From an uncultured archaeon (GTDB lineage Archaea > Asgardarchaeota > Thorarchaeia > Thorarchaeales > Thorarchaeaceae): a stretch of 57,059 bases of DNA. Under the pieces are notes generated by a model. That model searched no databases. It saw only the letters and a program-made list of their open reading frames with translations, and was not told where the DNA came from. Within the stretch, counting starts at the first letter, position 1; each line of letters starts with the position of its first letter. This document shows positions 1 to 9,375 of the stretch, in pieces. A program made the position numbers and the translations under genes. The stretch covers positions 1-57,059 of the forward strand of contig CAYYQL010000016.1 of the NCBI GenBank assembly GCA_964473825.1. The letters are read 5' to 3'.

Positions 1-85
1 GTGACGATGTAACCTCTCCATGCGCCATCATGTCTTAAATACTGCAATTCTGATGGTCCCGTTCCAGCAGGCACGGTGAATCAAG

Positions 86-955
86 TTGTGTGAATGGTGC
101 TTCAAACACGGTGAAGGCGGTAAGTGGTACAACAACGCCCGCCTCTATTCTGATGAATTGGCTGACGAGTACAACATGCGGGAGTACTTGGAAGAGCAAT
201 GGAAAAACATGGAAACGCTGTTCATCCGGAAGATCATGGGTTTCAGCTCGGTTGGTCTTGGCTACAAGATGCAGATGCCAATCATCGGACGCGTTGTGCG
301 CGCAGCGGCTGAACGCCAGATACACAGTGAGAGCCACGCCCGGGTTCCAAAGAGGGCCGACGGGCACTTTGGGCAGGTCCTTCCTCTTGAGGATGCGCAA
401 CATATACTCGGTAACCTTGCTGCTGAACCGATTATCAAGAACTATTGCATCTGCCGATGGATGCAGCGAGGCGTAAAGGACGCAGTATGTATCAACTTCG
501 GTCAGCTATCTGGCGTCATTGAGAAGCTCCCACGGTATATTCCTGAGAATACCAAGTACCGTCTCGACCGCGAAGAGGCGATAGAAGCACTCGAACGGCA
601 GAACAAGAAGGGATACGTTGCATCCGTCTGGTTTCAGCCCGTGCCATATATCAATGCCATCTGTTCGTGTGAGAGTCCCGAGTGTGGCGGTCTCAGGCTC
701 CGAAATGACTTCGGTCTGAAGACCGTGTACAAGGGAGAGTATGTCATCAATGTCAACCAGGACAACTGTCAGGGTTGCCAGCAATGTGTCAGTATGTGCC
801 AGTTCAATGCCCTGAGGTACCTACCATCAGTTGGCAGAGTCATTGTTGATATGGACAAGTGCTTCGGTTGTGGGGTCTGCAGGCATGCATGCAATCATGA
901 TGCCCTCGAATTGGTTCCGCGTGAGGAGGTTCCAGGTCAGGCTGGAAACTATTAG
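86..955 (+). CDS. 4Fe-4S dicluster-domain protein with Cys-rich N-terminal region
   Basis: TTG start after GGTGA RBS; N-terminal MCEWCFKHG, internal CICR and CSCESPEC; two C-terminal CxxCxxCxxxC motifs (CQGCQQCVSMC, CFGCGVCRHAC). Confidence 0.85.
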   Translation: MCEWCFKHGEGGKWYNNARLYSDELADEYNMREYLEEQWKNMETLFIRKIMGFSSVGLGYKMQMPIIGRVVRAAAERQIHSESHARVPKRADGHFGQVLPLEDAQHILGNLAAEPIIKNYCICRWMQRGVKDAVCINFGQLSGVIEKLPRYIPENTKYRLDREEAIEALERQNKKGYVASVWFQPVPYINAICSCESPECGGLRLRNDFGLKTVYKGEYVINVNQDNCQGCQQCVSMCQFNALRYLPSVGRVIVDMDKCFGCGVCRHACNHDALELVPREEVPGQAGNY

Positions 956-960
956 GAGGC

Positions 961-1248
961 ATGAAGGTGAAGAAGACTAAGATTACGGTTGATTACTCGA
1001 AATGTGGCCCGGGAGCCCCTCAGGACCCTCGTGAGTGCAGGAAGTGCCTGTATGTCTGCGATCCAGCGGTTTTTCTCATGCATCCGACATTGGAGGAACA
1101 CCCCGACCCATGGAATCCGGAGAGATGGAAGATTACACCGGTCTGGCCCTCCATGTGTATGGGCTGCATGAAGTGTGTCGATGCCTGTCCGGAAGACGCA
1201 ATCGCTGTCGAGCCCGGTCAGTCACTGCACATGCTCAGAGCCTCATAA
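961..1248 (+). CDS. Small 2x[4Fe-4S] ferredoxin-like protein
   Basis: GGAGG RBS, starts 5 nt after the previous stop; C..CRKCLYVCDP and CMGCMKCVDACP. Confidence 0.85.
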   Translation: MKVKKTKITVDYSKCGPGAPQDPRECRKCLYVCDPAVFLMHPTLEEHPDPWNPERWKITPVWPSMCMGCMKCVDACPEDAIAVEPGQSLHMLRAS

Positions 1249-1603
1249 TCGACCCTCTCTACAATTTCGGTCAGCTCTGAAGCATTGATTGCTACACAAG
1301 TCATTGCTTGCTATACGATATCGAATGGAATGCCAGAGAATCAAGAGGGATATCGCAGGGACTGAGTTCGCTCGGAGTAGCTCTCGTGGACCTGTTCGTT
1401 CCCCGGTTGAATTCTGTGTTTGGTGTTCTCAACGATATCGTGGTGCGGTCATTGTCACCGTCCGCCTTAAGCCTGAATGCAGTCTACCCGAGACCCATGC
1501 AACACCCTCAGCTTGCTCTGAAACGTGCGAGTCAAGAATGGCCCGGGAGATTGCTGCATGATGTTCTACTCATCAAGACCCTCACAATCTGCATCAACAT
1601 GTT

Positions 1604-2587
1604 CTAGGACCTGCTTTGGAGCGTGGTGATTGGTCGTGCCTGAAGAAGAATGATGCCGTTGTCATCTAAACACCACTCTATGTCTTGTGGTTTCCCCATC
1701 TTCTTCTCAACCTCCAATCCAGTCCTTGCAACTTGCAGGACCTGTTCATCGTCGAGCGAGAGTTCTGCTCTCTTCTTAGTTGATGTTTCAGCGACCGCGA
1801 AGCCGTCCAGATCAGATCCTGTACTGGGCGTCGCGGTGAACTTCTTCGACCCCAACCTTCTCTGCAGGATATGAAGTGGGTCTTTCTGCACAACGAAGCT
1901 GTCCGGCGTAATCTTTCCTGCTACAATCATTTCTCCAAGCCCCCAGCTCGAGTCTATCAATATTCTGTCGGGCCTTGACTCAACGATATCTTCAGTGAAC
2001 ATAACCCCTGACACATCTGCCGCTGCCATCTCCTGCACAACAACTCCCATGCGCACATCTTCAATCCGGATTTTTCTCGCCTTCAGATAGAGCAGCCCCT
2101 CAAGCGAAAGGAGAGAAAACCAAGTCTCTCTTACCGAGGTCAAGACGGATTCGAGATCATGAACACAGAGGGATGTAGTCGCCTGTCCCGCGAAAGAAAC
2201 GGTATTTGTGTCTTCAATGTTCGCTGACGATCTCACCGCGTAACCGTGAGCTCCAAGACATTCACTTTCAAGTCTCTTGAAAGCCTCTACGATCTCTCTC
2301 TGTAGATATTCAGGAAGCGTGTAGTCATGTAGCGCATCTCTGATTTGTGCCGATGCATGAAGAATCTCTTCCGGTTCGGTAGACGCATTAATGTTGCTTA
2401 GAGCTTGCCCAATCATGGGCCTCAGTGTGAGCAGGTCCTGAAAACAGACGCATGGAATAGCAAATCCCTTAGGCACCCGAAAGCCGTGTCTGGTCAACCT
2501 TGCAAGACCCGAGGCCTTCCCGCCGTATCTTTCTGATTCATACGGGTCTATTTGATCTAAGAAGTTCAGATTTCGACTCTCCGTCAT
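1604..2587 (-). CDS. Stand-alone PEP/pyruvate-binding (ATP-grasp) domain of the PEP synthase/PPDK family
   Basis: YGGKASGL, VPKGF, AVRSSANIED, SFAGQ, VVVQEM, SGVMFT, WGLGE, PQDIEW, LQARPIT; ends with no His or PEP-binding domain. Confidence 0.9.
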   Translation of the reverse strand: MTESRNLNFLDQIDPYESERYGGKASGLARLTRHGFRVPKGFAIPCVCFQDLLTLRPMIGQALSNINASTEPEEILHASAQIRDALHDYTLPEYLQREIVEAFKRLESECLGAHGYAVRSSANIEDTNTVSFAGQATTSLCVHDLESVLTSVRETWFSLLSLEGLLYLKARKIRIEDVRMGVVVQEMAAADVSGVMFTEDIVESRPDRILIDSSWGLGEMIVAGKITPDSFVVQKDPLHILQRRLGSKKFTATPSTGSDLDGFAVAETSTKKRAELSLDDEQVLQVARTGLEVEKKMGKPQDIEWCLDDNGIILLQARPITTLQSRS

Positions 2588-2605
2588 ACTGACCTATTCC
2601 CACCT

Positions 2606-2959
2606 CTAATCGTTGAGCAATAGGAGTCCGGCGCCGTTATCGTCTGGGCGGATAGTGACAAGTCTTCTATCCAGGTTCTCAGCGGTCTCAAGAGTGGTTC
2701 CCATCAGTGCAGGTATCTCAAATTCCCGTGTAACTATGGCTAGGTGTGAGCCGAGGGCGCCAGAGCTGCAGACGACTCCTGCAAGCTTGGGCATGATGGG
2801 GCCCAGTGTTGTAGTTCCCGCATCTTCGACCAAGGCAATCTTTCCCTCAGCCCCTTCTTTCCAGAGACTAATCACGTCCTGGATCGACTCGATTACTCTG
2901 AGTTCCCCAGTGGCTTCCAACTTCAATGTGATTAGTCCCTTTCCAATTCTCTTCAACAT
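2606..2959 (-). CDS. Stand-alone PEP-utilising enzyme mobile (phospho-histidine swivel) domain
   Basis: GALGSHLAIVTREFEIPALMG matches the phospho-His signature (G..SH.AI.ARE.GIP); 18 nt upstream of the ATP-grasp gene. Confidence 0.85.
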   Translation of the reverse strand: MLKRIGKGLITLKLEATGELRVIESIQDVISLWKEGAEGKIALVEDAGTTTLGPIMPKLAGVVCSSGALGSHLAIVTREFEIPALMGTTLETAENLDRRLVTIRPDDNGAGLLLLND

Positions 2960-3158
2960 GGGAACGCTCTCAGATGGTTTTCACTACGAATCATCATGAA
3001 TCTTAAAAGAATGCTGAACATCAGTTCGGTGTTTGTCGTTGATTGCCCAATAGTATTCACGGATATCAGAAGATGCCGAATCGTCGTTTCACTTCTCCTG
3101 ATATACTTAATACGTGCCCAGCATTGGACAGATTTCTCAAGAGAGGAGCAGAATCCAC

Positions 3159-4316
3159 TTGAAAACCAGAGAGATCAACAAACTCATTGCACACCTATCC
3201 GGTGTATTCTCCGACATTCTTGTTGAACGGGGACTGCTTGAATCGGAGCTCTTTCCGGTCAATGAATACATCTGTGTCGGTTTCTATCAGACCTATGAAC
3301 GACTCTATGATGTCATGAGTCAGGTCTGGGAGCGGATATCACCTGAGGAGCTTGCGCAGCAGAGCAAGACGCTGCTATCAGAGGTACATGGCCTATCCAT
3401 CAGCTACCTCTGGTTATACTATGCTTTGGCGAGGATGGGAGTTATCTTCAATAAACTGGATGGTGACCCGCCACAAGAGCCAGCTGAGCGTCAAGAGCAA
3501 TGGAAGTACATGTTGGAGAACTGGTATAGTCTGGCAACGAATTACTTCAACTCGGGCGAGCCGACCATAGCAGCATCGGGGGCAGTCAACCGTGCAATGG
3601 ACAACGAAACCGTTGACTGGCTAATGAGCATAATAGAGCCCGTTTCAGAAGACCAAGTCAAGAAGACGCGTCGCATGATGGGTTCTGTTGATCTGTACGC
3701 ATTCCTGGACGAGTGTGAGGCACGGGCGAAAATCATCGATCATGGGCCCTACTCTGTGAATGACAAAGAGATTCTGGTCTTCTCAGAATACACGAACCTG
3801 CATGACGGTCGGGGCGATCTCTGGATGCCTTGGTCAGATACTGAGGCAAAGCTGCCCACCTCGAGCCTTGGAGTTGCAATGACTATCAAGGGCGTGGATG
3901 TACGATTCAATGACATAGGAACGATGACTATTGAGCCAGGTGACTACTCCAAGTATGTTACGGGAATCGGTGCGTACACGAAAAAGGGCGATAAGGTGGT
4001 ACGTCTTGGACTTGACGAGCTCCCAGGGTATGCTGAGGCAGCTGATGCGGCCCAGGCTGAGCTATACATGAAGTTCGCTGAGTGGGATAAACGGAGACTG
4101 ATGATTGCTGGTGCTGAGGTCTACTGGCGCGGATTCAAGCGATTCACCGATAGAGCGGGTATCACCAACAAAGTAGATTGGAAACTCTCAACGGATGTGA
4201 TTGAAGAACATGTGCCGTTCTTCATGGAGGAAGAGGCCGACCCTGCCTTCATTCGACTGTTCAGGCTCGACGATGAGATGGAGTCTGATCCGACATTCTA
4301 TTTGCTGCCTGAATGA
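3159..4316 (+). CDS. Hypothetical soluble protein (~385 aa); candidate acceptor-binding partner of the split dikinase
   Basis: Long ORF with protein-like composition; TTG at 3159 follows GAGGAG (track start 3114); divergent from the dikinase genes; no recognisable catalytic motif. Confidence 0.7.
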   Translation: MKTREINKLIAHLSGVFSDILVERGLLESELFPVNEYICVGFYQTYERLYDVMSQVWERISPEELAQQSKTLLSEVHGLSISYLWLYYALARMGVIFNKLDGDPPQEPAERQEQWKYMLENWYSLATNYFNSGEPTIAASGAVNRAMDNETVDWLMSIIEPVSEDQVKKTRRMMGSVDLYAFLDECEARAKIIDHGPYSVNDKEILVFSEYTNLHDGRGDLWMPWSDTEAKLPTSSLGVAMTIKGVDVRFNDIGTMTIEPGDYSKYVTGIGAYTKKGDKVVRLGLDELPGYAEAADAAQAELYMKFAEWDKRRLMIAGAEVYWRGFKRFTDRAGITNKVDWKLSTDVIEEHVPFFMEEEADPAFIRLFRLDDEMESDPTFYLLPE

Positions 4317-5233
4317 ACAATCAACATGGGGGAACTCCAAAGATGACTGAACTCGATTCAACTGCAGAATACTTGCACGAGGTTGGAGAGCGACCAGACT
4401 GGCGAGAGAGTTATTACTTCAATTGGGTGGACTCTGATTCTGAGGTATCTGGATTCGCAACCATCGGACTGCTACCCAACGTGAACAAACGAGAGTTCGT
4501 ATTTGCTCTATTCTATGATGACAGGCGAGAAGTATATTTCATGGAGCCCGAGGGTTCTGTTCCCGGGGATATGGGAGCGGCATTGGACGATGGGGCCCTG
4601 TCCTTCAAGATGAACCAACCCTTGAGCGACTGGACCATCCACTTCACGGGTCCCACGCTGGAGGCAGACATTCGATGGAAGGGCCGTTTCCAACCCTTCG
4701 AATTCGGACGAGGGAGTGGCACTTCATGGGCCGGCCATTTCGAGCAATCGGGGCAGGTCAAGGGGAGTATCACCATCGAAGACGGACGAACCCTTCAACT
4801 GAATGGATTGGGGCAGCGTGACAAGAGCTGGGGATCTCGTGATTGGCACATAGATAGTTGGTATGCGTTTCATGCTCAGTTTCCCGATTTCTCTATCGGT
4901 CTTCGTCGTGACGTTGTAAACGGAGAGGCACACCCGTCTGGAGGACTCTCAACCAAGGACGGGTACGTTCCGGTCAAATCCGTGGATGTCGAGACTCAAT
5001 TCGTAGATGAGCCAATCAGAATGCCCATTGGGGCTCTCACCACAGTAATCACTGAGACCGATGATGAGTACAGATTCAGATCCAAGGTCATCTCTCCGAC
5101 TTCTTTCGTCCGATTCGAGCGGAAGTTCGGACAAGGTCGTACTGAGCTCTTTGAAGAGATGGCAATGCACGAACTACTCGGTAGCGACGAAGAGGGTACA
5201 GGTCTCATAGAATGGCTCTTTACCAAGACGTAA
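4313..5233 (+). CDS. AttH/CrtC/tocopherol-cyclase-like beta-barrel protein
   Basis: WRESYYFNW, HFEQSG, GLGQRDKSWGSRDW; ATGA overlap with the upstream gene (alternative start 4343). Confidence 0.65.
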   Translation: MNNQHGGTPKMTELDSTAEYLHEVGERPDWRESYYFNWVDSDSEVSGFATIGLLPNVNKREFVFALFYDDRREVYFMEPEGSVPGDMGAALDDGALSFKMNQPLSDWTIHFTGPTLEADIRWKGRFQPFEFGRGSGTSWAGHFEQSGQVKGSITIEDGRTLQLNGLGQRDKSWGSRDWHIDSWYAFHAQFPDFSIGLRRDVVNGEAHPSGGLSTKDGYVPVKSVDVETQFVDEPIRMPIGALTTVITETDDEYRFRSKVISPTSFVRFERKFGQGRTELFEEMAMHELLGSDEEGTGLIEWLFTKT

Positions 5234-5326
5234 TACGGCCGAGAATCGAGCATCGATTACCTCGCCTCAGGCTCTAATCTTGTAGCCAATCATCGGGCTT
5301 CTTGTTTGAACATAGCATTACAGGAA

Positions 5327-5953
5327 TCATAACTGAACGCGGCTCAGACTCTCGCTCTTAGTCTTCATCTCCAGCCAGCCATTCGCGAACTCAATGACCT
5401 GCCGGATTAGTTCCTCTGCTTTCTTTCTTGGAATGCTTGAAGACACAGTCTTCGGGTCAATCTTGGTCGCATGCAGTGCCTCGTTCCGTATGATACTCCC
5501 GACGCCTCCGAATATGTCTTGGTCGAGCAGCACATCCGCGATAACCCGGTTATCGCTGCCCATCGCGTTGAGGGCTCGTTTTCTATCGAAATCTTCGGAC
5601 AGCACATCGCGATTGGGCTGATTGTGTTCTCTGTATTCATCGCTGTCTGGATCCAATAAATTGACGTTGTCGATGGAAAGACTGAATGTGTCTCTTGAAC
5701 AGCTGATGACCAGTTCCTCTGGGTCTATCTGGTTCTTGTTGATACTGTAGCTCCCGTCCATATTGAAGTCAGCTACCATGGAGGGGCCAGTTGTATCAAT
5801 GAAGAGACGATTTCCAACGGCTTGTACCCTTTCAATTTCCTCCCCTTGTAGGCGAACAAGAGACCTAGGGGTATTCCCGTGGAATTCTTGGATAGTCTGC
5901 CCCTCAAGCACACTGAGTTGTCTTGCTGCGAGATGAACTGAAGGTCCTTCCAT
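5327..5953 (-). CDS. Fpg/Nei-family DNA glycosylase-like protein, degenerate
   Basis: N-terminal MEGPSV (canonical MPEGP); H2TH motif IADVLLDQDIFGGVGSIIRNEAL; no C-terminal Zn finger. Confidence 0.7.
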   Translation of the reverse strand: MEGPSVHLAARQLSVLEGQTIQEFHGNTPRSLVRLQGEEIERVQAVGNRLFIDTTGPSMVADFNMDGSYSINKNQIDPEELVISCSRDTFSLSIDNVNLLDPDSDEYREHNQPNRDVLSEDFDRKRALNAMGSDNRVIADVLLDQDIFGGVGSIIRNEALHATKIDPKTVSSSIPRKKAEELIRQVIEFANGWLEMKTKSESLSRVQL

Positions 5954-6200
5954 TTTGAGCACTTCAGTTTCTGCTTCAATCACATATCAAAGTCATTTGT
6001 GTTACCGGCACTCTTCAGGGCTTCTCTCAGGCAGGACTGGAATTCGTACCGATTTCAGCATCGGCTCAAACCCGTCCGAACCACGTGATTGAAACCTAGT
6101 GATGGGCGTTCTTTGGTGATTCTTGCATTGGTTTCATTTGCTAGTTACATACCTCTTATAACTCTCTTCCGAGCGCACACCTTCATAGCGTGACCTGATA

Positions 6201-7532
6201 ATGAACGAAACGCAATCGCTTGCGGGGCCTGAGATTCATCGCCCAGCATCGATGAGACCATTTGCTACCATGTGGGTGGGACAGGCGTTTTCGCTTTTCG
6301 GCAGTCGTCTGGTACGTTTCGTTATCGTCTGGTGGCTTACTCTGGAGACAGGGTCTGCAACGGTTCTTGCAATAGCATCAATAGCAGCCATCGCTCCACA
6401 GGTTGCTATCACTCCCTTTGCTGGCTCTCTGGTCGACAGATGGGATCGTAGGGGTGTCATGATTGTGGCAGACTCGCTTACTGCAGTTCTCACCGGGGCT
6501 TTGGCACTCCTATTCTATCTGAATTCCTTCGTTCTACCCGGCATTGTTCAGATATGGCATATGTATGCTGTCATCCTGTTCGGGTCAGTATTGGGTTCCT
6601 TTCATTGGCCAGCGATGCAAGCATCGACAACAATGCTTGTTCCCGAGGAGCAGCTTCCACGTGTTGGCGGCATGAATCAGGCTCTGAATGGCCTCGCCAA
6701 CGTGCTGGCCCCGCCTGTCGCAGCTCTCCTATTTGTCATCCTGCCCATTTATCAGCTACTGCTAGTTGATGTTCTAACTGCAGCGGCTGCTGTGTCGTCC
6801 TTGGCTTTCATTCGCATCCCAAAACCCCCGCGGGAAACGATGGAGGCAGGGAGTAATCCGTTGAAGGACATGGTCGAAGGCTTCAGATTTCTACGGGGTT
6901 GGCCAGGGGCAATTCTGATTCTGGCTCTCGCTATGGTACTGAACTTGGTATCGACTCCAGCATTCTCTCTTATACCGATTCTTAGTACCGTTCATTTCGG
7001 AGGTGATGAAGTCACTCTTGCTCTTCTCCAGTCAGCCAGTTCCTTGGGAATGGTTCTCGGAGGAGTACTCCTGACGATTTGGGGCGGTCCAAGTCGGAAG
7101 ATGCGAGTAGCACTCTTTGCCCTCGTAATCGAAGGAGTCGGGACTGTGCTTGTGGGCCTCACGCCACCTGCTTACCTCCATTTTGCTGCATTGATGCTCT
7201 TCTTAGTCGGATTCATGATCCCCATATTCAATGGACTGATTTTTGCCCTCCTCCAGATTGCTATCCCTGCTGACATGCAGGGACGGGTCTTTGCTCTTAT
7301 TGTCAGCGGTGCCTCCGCCATGTCGCCTATCGGTCTTGCAGTAGCCGGACCCTTTGCTGATTCTTTCGGTGTTCCGCTGTGGTTCCTCATCTCTGGCGTA
7401 GTCACCGCTGTCCTCAGTGCAGCCGTCATGTTTGTACCGGCTACCCAAAAATTGGAGGCTCGCGCAAACGAGAGAACAACTCCCAAAGACGAGGTTCTTG
7501 AAAGGGAGTCCCAAGTTGCAGCAGTTGTGTGA
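6201..7532 (+). CDS. MFS transporter (DHA3/MefA-like efflux family)
   Basis: About 12 hydrophobic segments; MFS motif A GSLVDRWDRR; WVGQAFSLFGS; MQGRVF. Confidence 0.9.
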   Translation: MNETQSLAGPEIHRPASMRPFATMWVGQAFSLFGSRLVRFVIVWWLTLETGSATVLAIASIAAIAPQVAITPFAGSLVDRWDRRGVMIVADSLTAVLTGALALLFYLNSFVLPGIVQIWHMYAVILFGSVLGSFHWPAMQASTTMLVPEEQLPRVGGMNQALNGLANVLAPPVAALLFVILPIYQLLLVDVLTAAAAVSSLAFIRIPKPPRETMEAGSNPLKDMVEGFRFLRGWPGAILILALAMVLNLVSTPAFSLIPILSTVHFGGDEVTLALLQSASSLGMVLGGVLLTIWGGPSRKMRVALFALVIEGVGTVLVGLTPPAYLHFAALMLFLVGFMIPIFNGLIFALLQIAIPADMQGRVFALIVSGASAMSPIGLAVAGPFADSFGVPLWFLISGVVTAVLSAAVMFVPATQKLEARANERTTPKDEVLERESQVAAVV

Positions 7533-7743
7533 GCTACTCTAGAAACTCCTTTTTCTGCTCCTGCAACCGGGTTTGTTGGAACATGTGTTCCAAGACAAAT
7601 CAGTTCCCCTGGGGTGTTCTATTTCAAAAGCATGAAACGGAAGGCTCAGCTTCGGATACATGTCATGGCCCCACCCGATGTGGTTCAACACATTGAATGA
7701 CGCACGGTCCGACAAACACAGCCTCTAAGTTCTCATACACTGG

Positions 7744-9303
7744 CTAGAGGATGTCTTTGTAGCAGTCGGATGGATAGACGTTGCTTTCTCCCCTTGAGTG
7801 ATTGGGGTACCAGACCTGCGCGAAGAATGGATTCTTTTCAGCAATCTTGTCGTAGTCCCAAGGTGGAGGAGCACACTGGGGGCACCAGTGTCCTGTCTTC
7901 AAGACGAGGTAGGGGCTTGCCATGAACTCGTGCCCGAACGCACATCTCCATTCCAGCTTCTCATACATATCTCCACTCCACTCTACCGACAGCAATGTTC
8001 CCCCACGAAACTTGGCAGCATCCTCAAGGTCTAGGATTTCCAATATTTCCTTCGACTCATTGTATCCATGATGCAACCAATGCCATTCCGGCTTCAGATC
8101 TGGCATATCTGGGTCGCCCCAGTCACCAATCTCCTCGTACGCCTCGATTGAACCATAGAACGCAGTCATTCTCTGGGTCATGCTGTTTTCGTACCAGTAG
8201 CGTGTTCCGTCCCTTCGTGAAACCATGTCTTCCATTATTCTTCGGGCCGCCCACTTGATAATCACACGGAGCCCCGGCATTCTTATCATGATTCGAGCCA
8301 CTCTGATGGGCAGAGGGAGGTTATCGAGAACCTGTTGATAGTAGTCCTGAAGCGAGTCGCCCCAGTTGTGGATATATTCATTCAGCACATGACTGTCTTC
8401 AAAGTAGTGACAGTGGAAGTTCCTCAGTGCAAACCAGCGTCTCTCCAGTATCTCCCTGAAATCTCCAAGTCCCAGGAGATCGAACATGTCCTTGAGGTAG
8501 TCGTAGTAGACAATTCTGCAGGATGGTCCGCCACCCATATTGTAGACCCGTCGCCAGAAGTCCGAGTCTTCGGGCACATCGAGGCAGTTCACGAGGCCTC
8601 GGCCTGCGTCTCTGCTGGTGTTGAGCTCGATACACGTGTCTATCGGCTGGTGAAACATAATGGGGTCCATGAGACTCATGGGATCAGGAATCGCGATGTA
8701 GGTCTGACGCAATGATGCCCAATACCTCAACCCTGATTCAATGACTGCTCGTTCTCCTGCAGTCTTGCATGTTGCATAGAAATCGAAGATACTCGGCTTC
8801 AGGGGATCTCCGACTCGCCCCATATGTATCTCTTGAAGCCTGTCACCCGTCTGGGCTACCGATCCGATGTAGATGAGTTTGACATGATCCTGCCCTCCAT
8901 GTTCATAGATTGCATCGATGATATATCGGATTGCAGTGGTGTTCACTGCCTCCGAGGTCTCTGGGTCATGATCTGCAGCAGGAGAGATGAATGCCATCGG
9001 GCAAAGTATCCAATCAACATCACGGACAGACTCAAGCATATCTGAGTATACTGTAGCGTCGCCCCAGACTATGCGAAGCCCTCCTCCCTCAACACATCCT
9101 GTACCGCTGATGCTCTCGATGCCACATTCTTCTTCAAACGGTGCAAAGAGCTTCTTGTTCTTCTTGGACGGACGAAGTAAGAGAACTATCTTGTAGCGAA
9201 GTCCTCTGTCCTCCTCCCTTCTTGCCCAGAGCTCTCTGAATGCCTCAAATCCCATTGATCCCGATGCGCCAAGTAGAAGAACAGTTTCGCTGGTCATACT
9301 CAT
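7744..9303 (-). CDS. Extended SDR (NAD-dependent epimerase/dehydratase) with C-terminal Zn-ribbon-like domain
   Basis: LLGASGSMG Rossmann motif; YATCK (YxxxK); C-terminal CAFGH...WCPQC; start uncertain (9312, 9303 or 9297). Confidence 0.8.
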   Translation of the reverse strand: MSMTSETVLLLGASGSMGFEAFRELWARREEDRGLRYKIVLLLRPSKKNKKLFAPFEEECGIESISGTGCVEGGGLRIVWGDATVYSDMLESVRDVDWILCPMAFISPAADHDPETSEAVNTTAIRYIIDAIYEHGGQDHVKLIYIGSVAQTGDRLQEIHMGRVGDPLKPSIFDFYATCKTAGERAVIESGLRYWASLRQTYIAIPDPMSLMDPIMFHQPIDTCIELNTSRDAGRGLVNCLDVPEDSDFWRRVYNMGGGPSCRIVYYDYLKDMFDLLGLGDFREILERRWFALRNFHCHYFEDSHVLNEYIHNWGDSLQDYYQQVLDNLPLPIRVARIMIRMPGLRVIIKWAARRIMEDMVSRRDGTRYWYENSMTQRMTAFYGSIEAYEEIGDWGDPDMPDLKPEWHWLHHGYNESKEILEILDLEDAAKFRGGTLLSVEWSGDMYEKLEWRCAFGHEFMASPYLVLKTGHWCPQCAPPPWDYDKIAEKNPFFAQVWYPNHSRGESNVYPSDCYKDIL

Positions 9304-9375
9304 TCCGGCCAACTATCATGGGTATTGCGCTGCCGCATATTTCTATGTTGGTGCTAGAGTGTTGGACAACGGATA

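Noticed and set aside
1250-1603. Short + strand ORFs (1289-1561, 1308-1607) and a minus-strand HDIVENT peptide
   Set aside because: No RBS or family motif and the minus-strand frames are interrupted; treated as intergenic
1604-2959. Frameshifted ppsA pseudogene
   Set aside because: Both ORFs are clean single domains, and the His-domain gene precedes the ATP-grasp gene, the reverse of PpsA domain order
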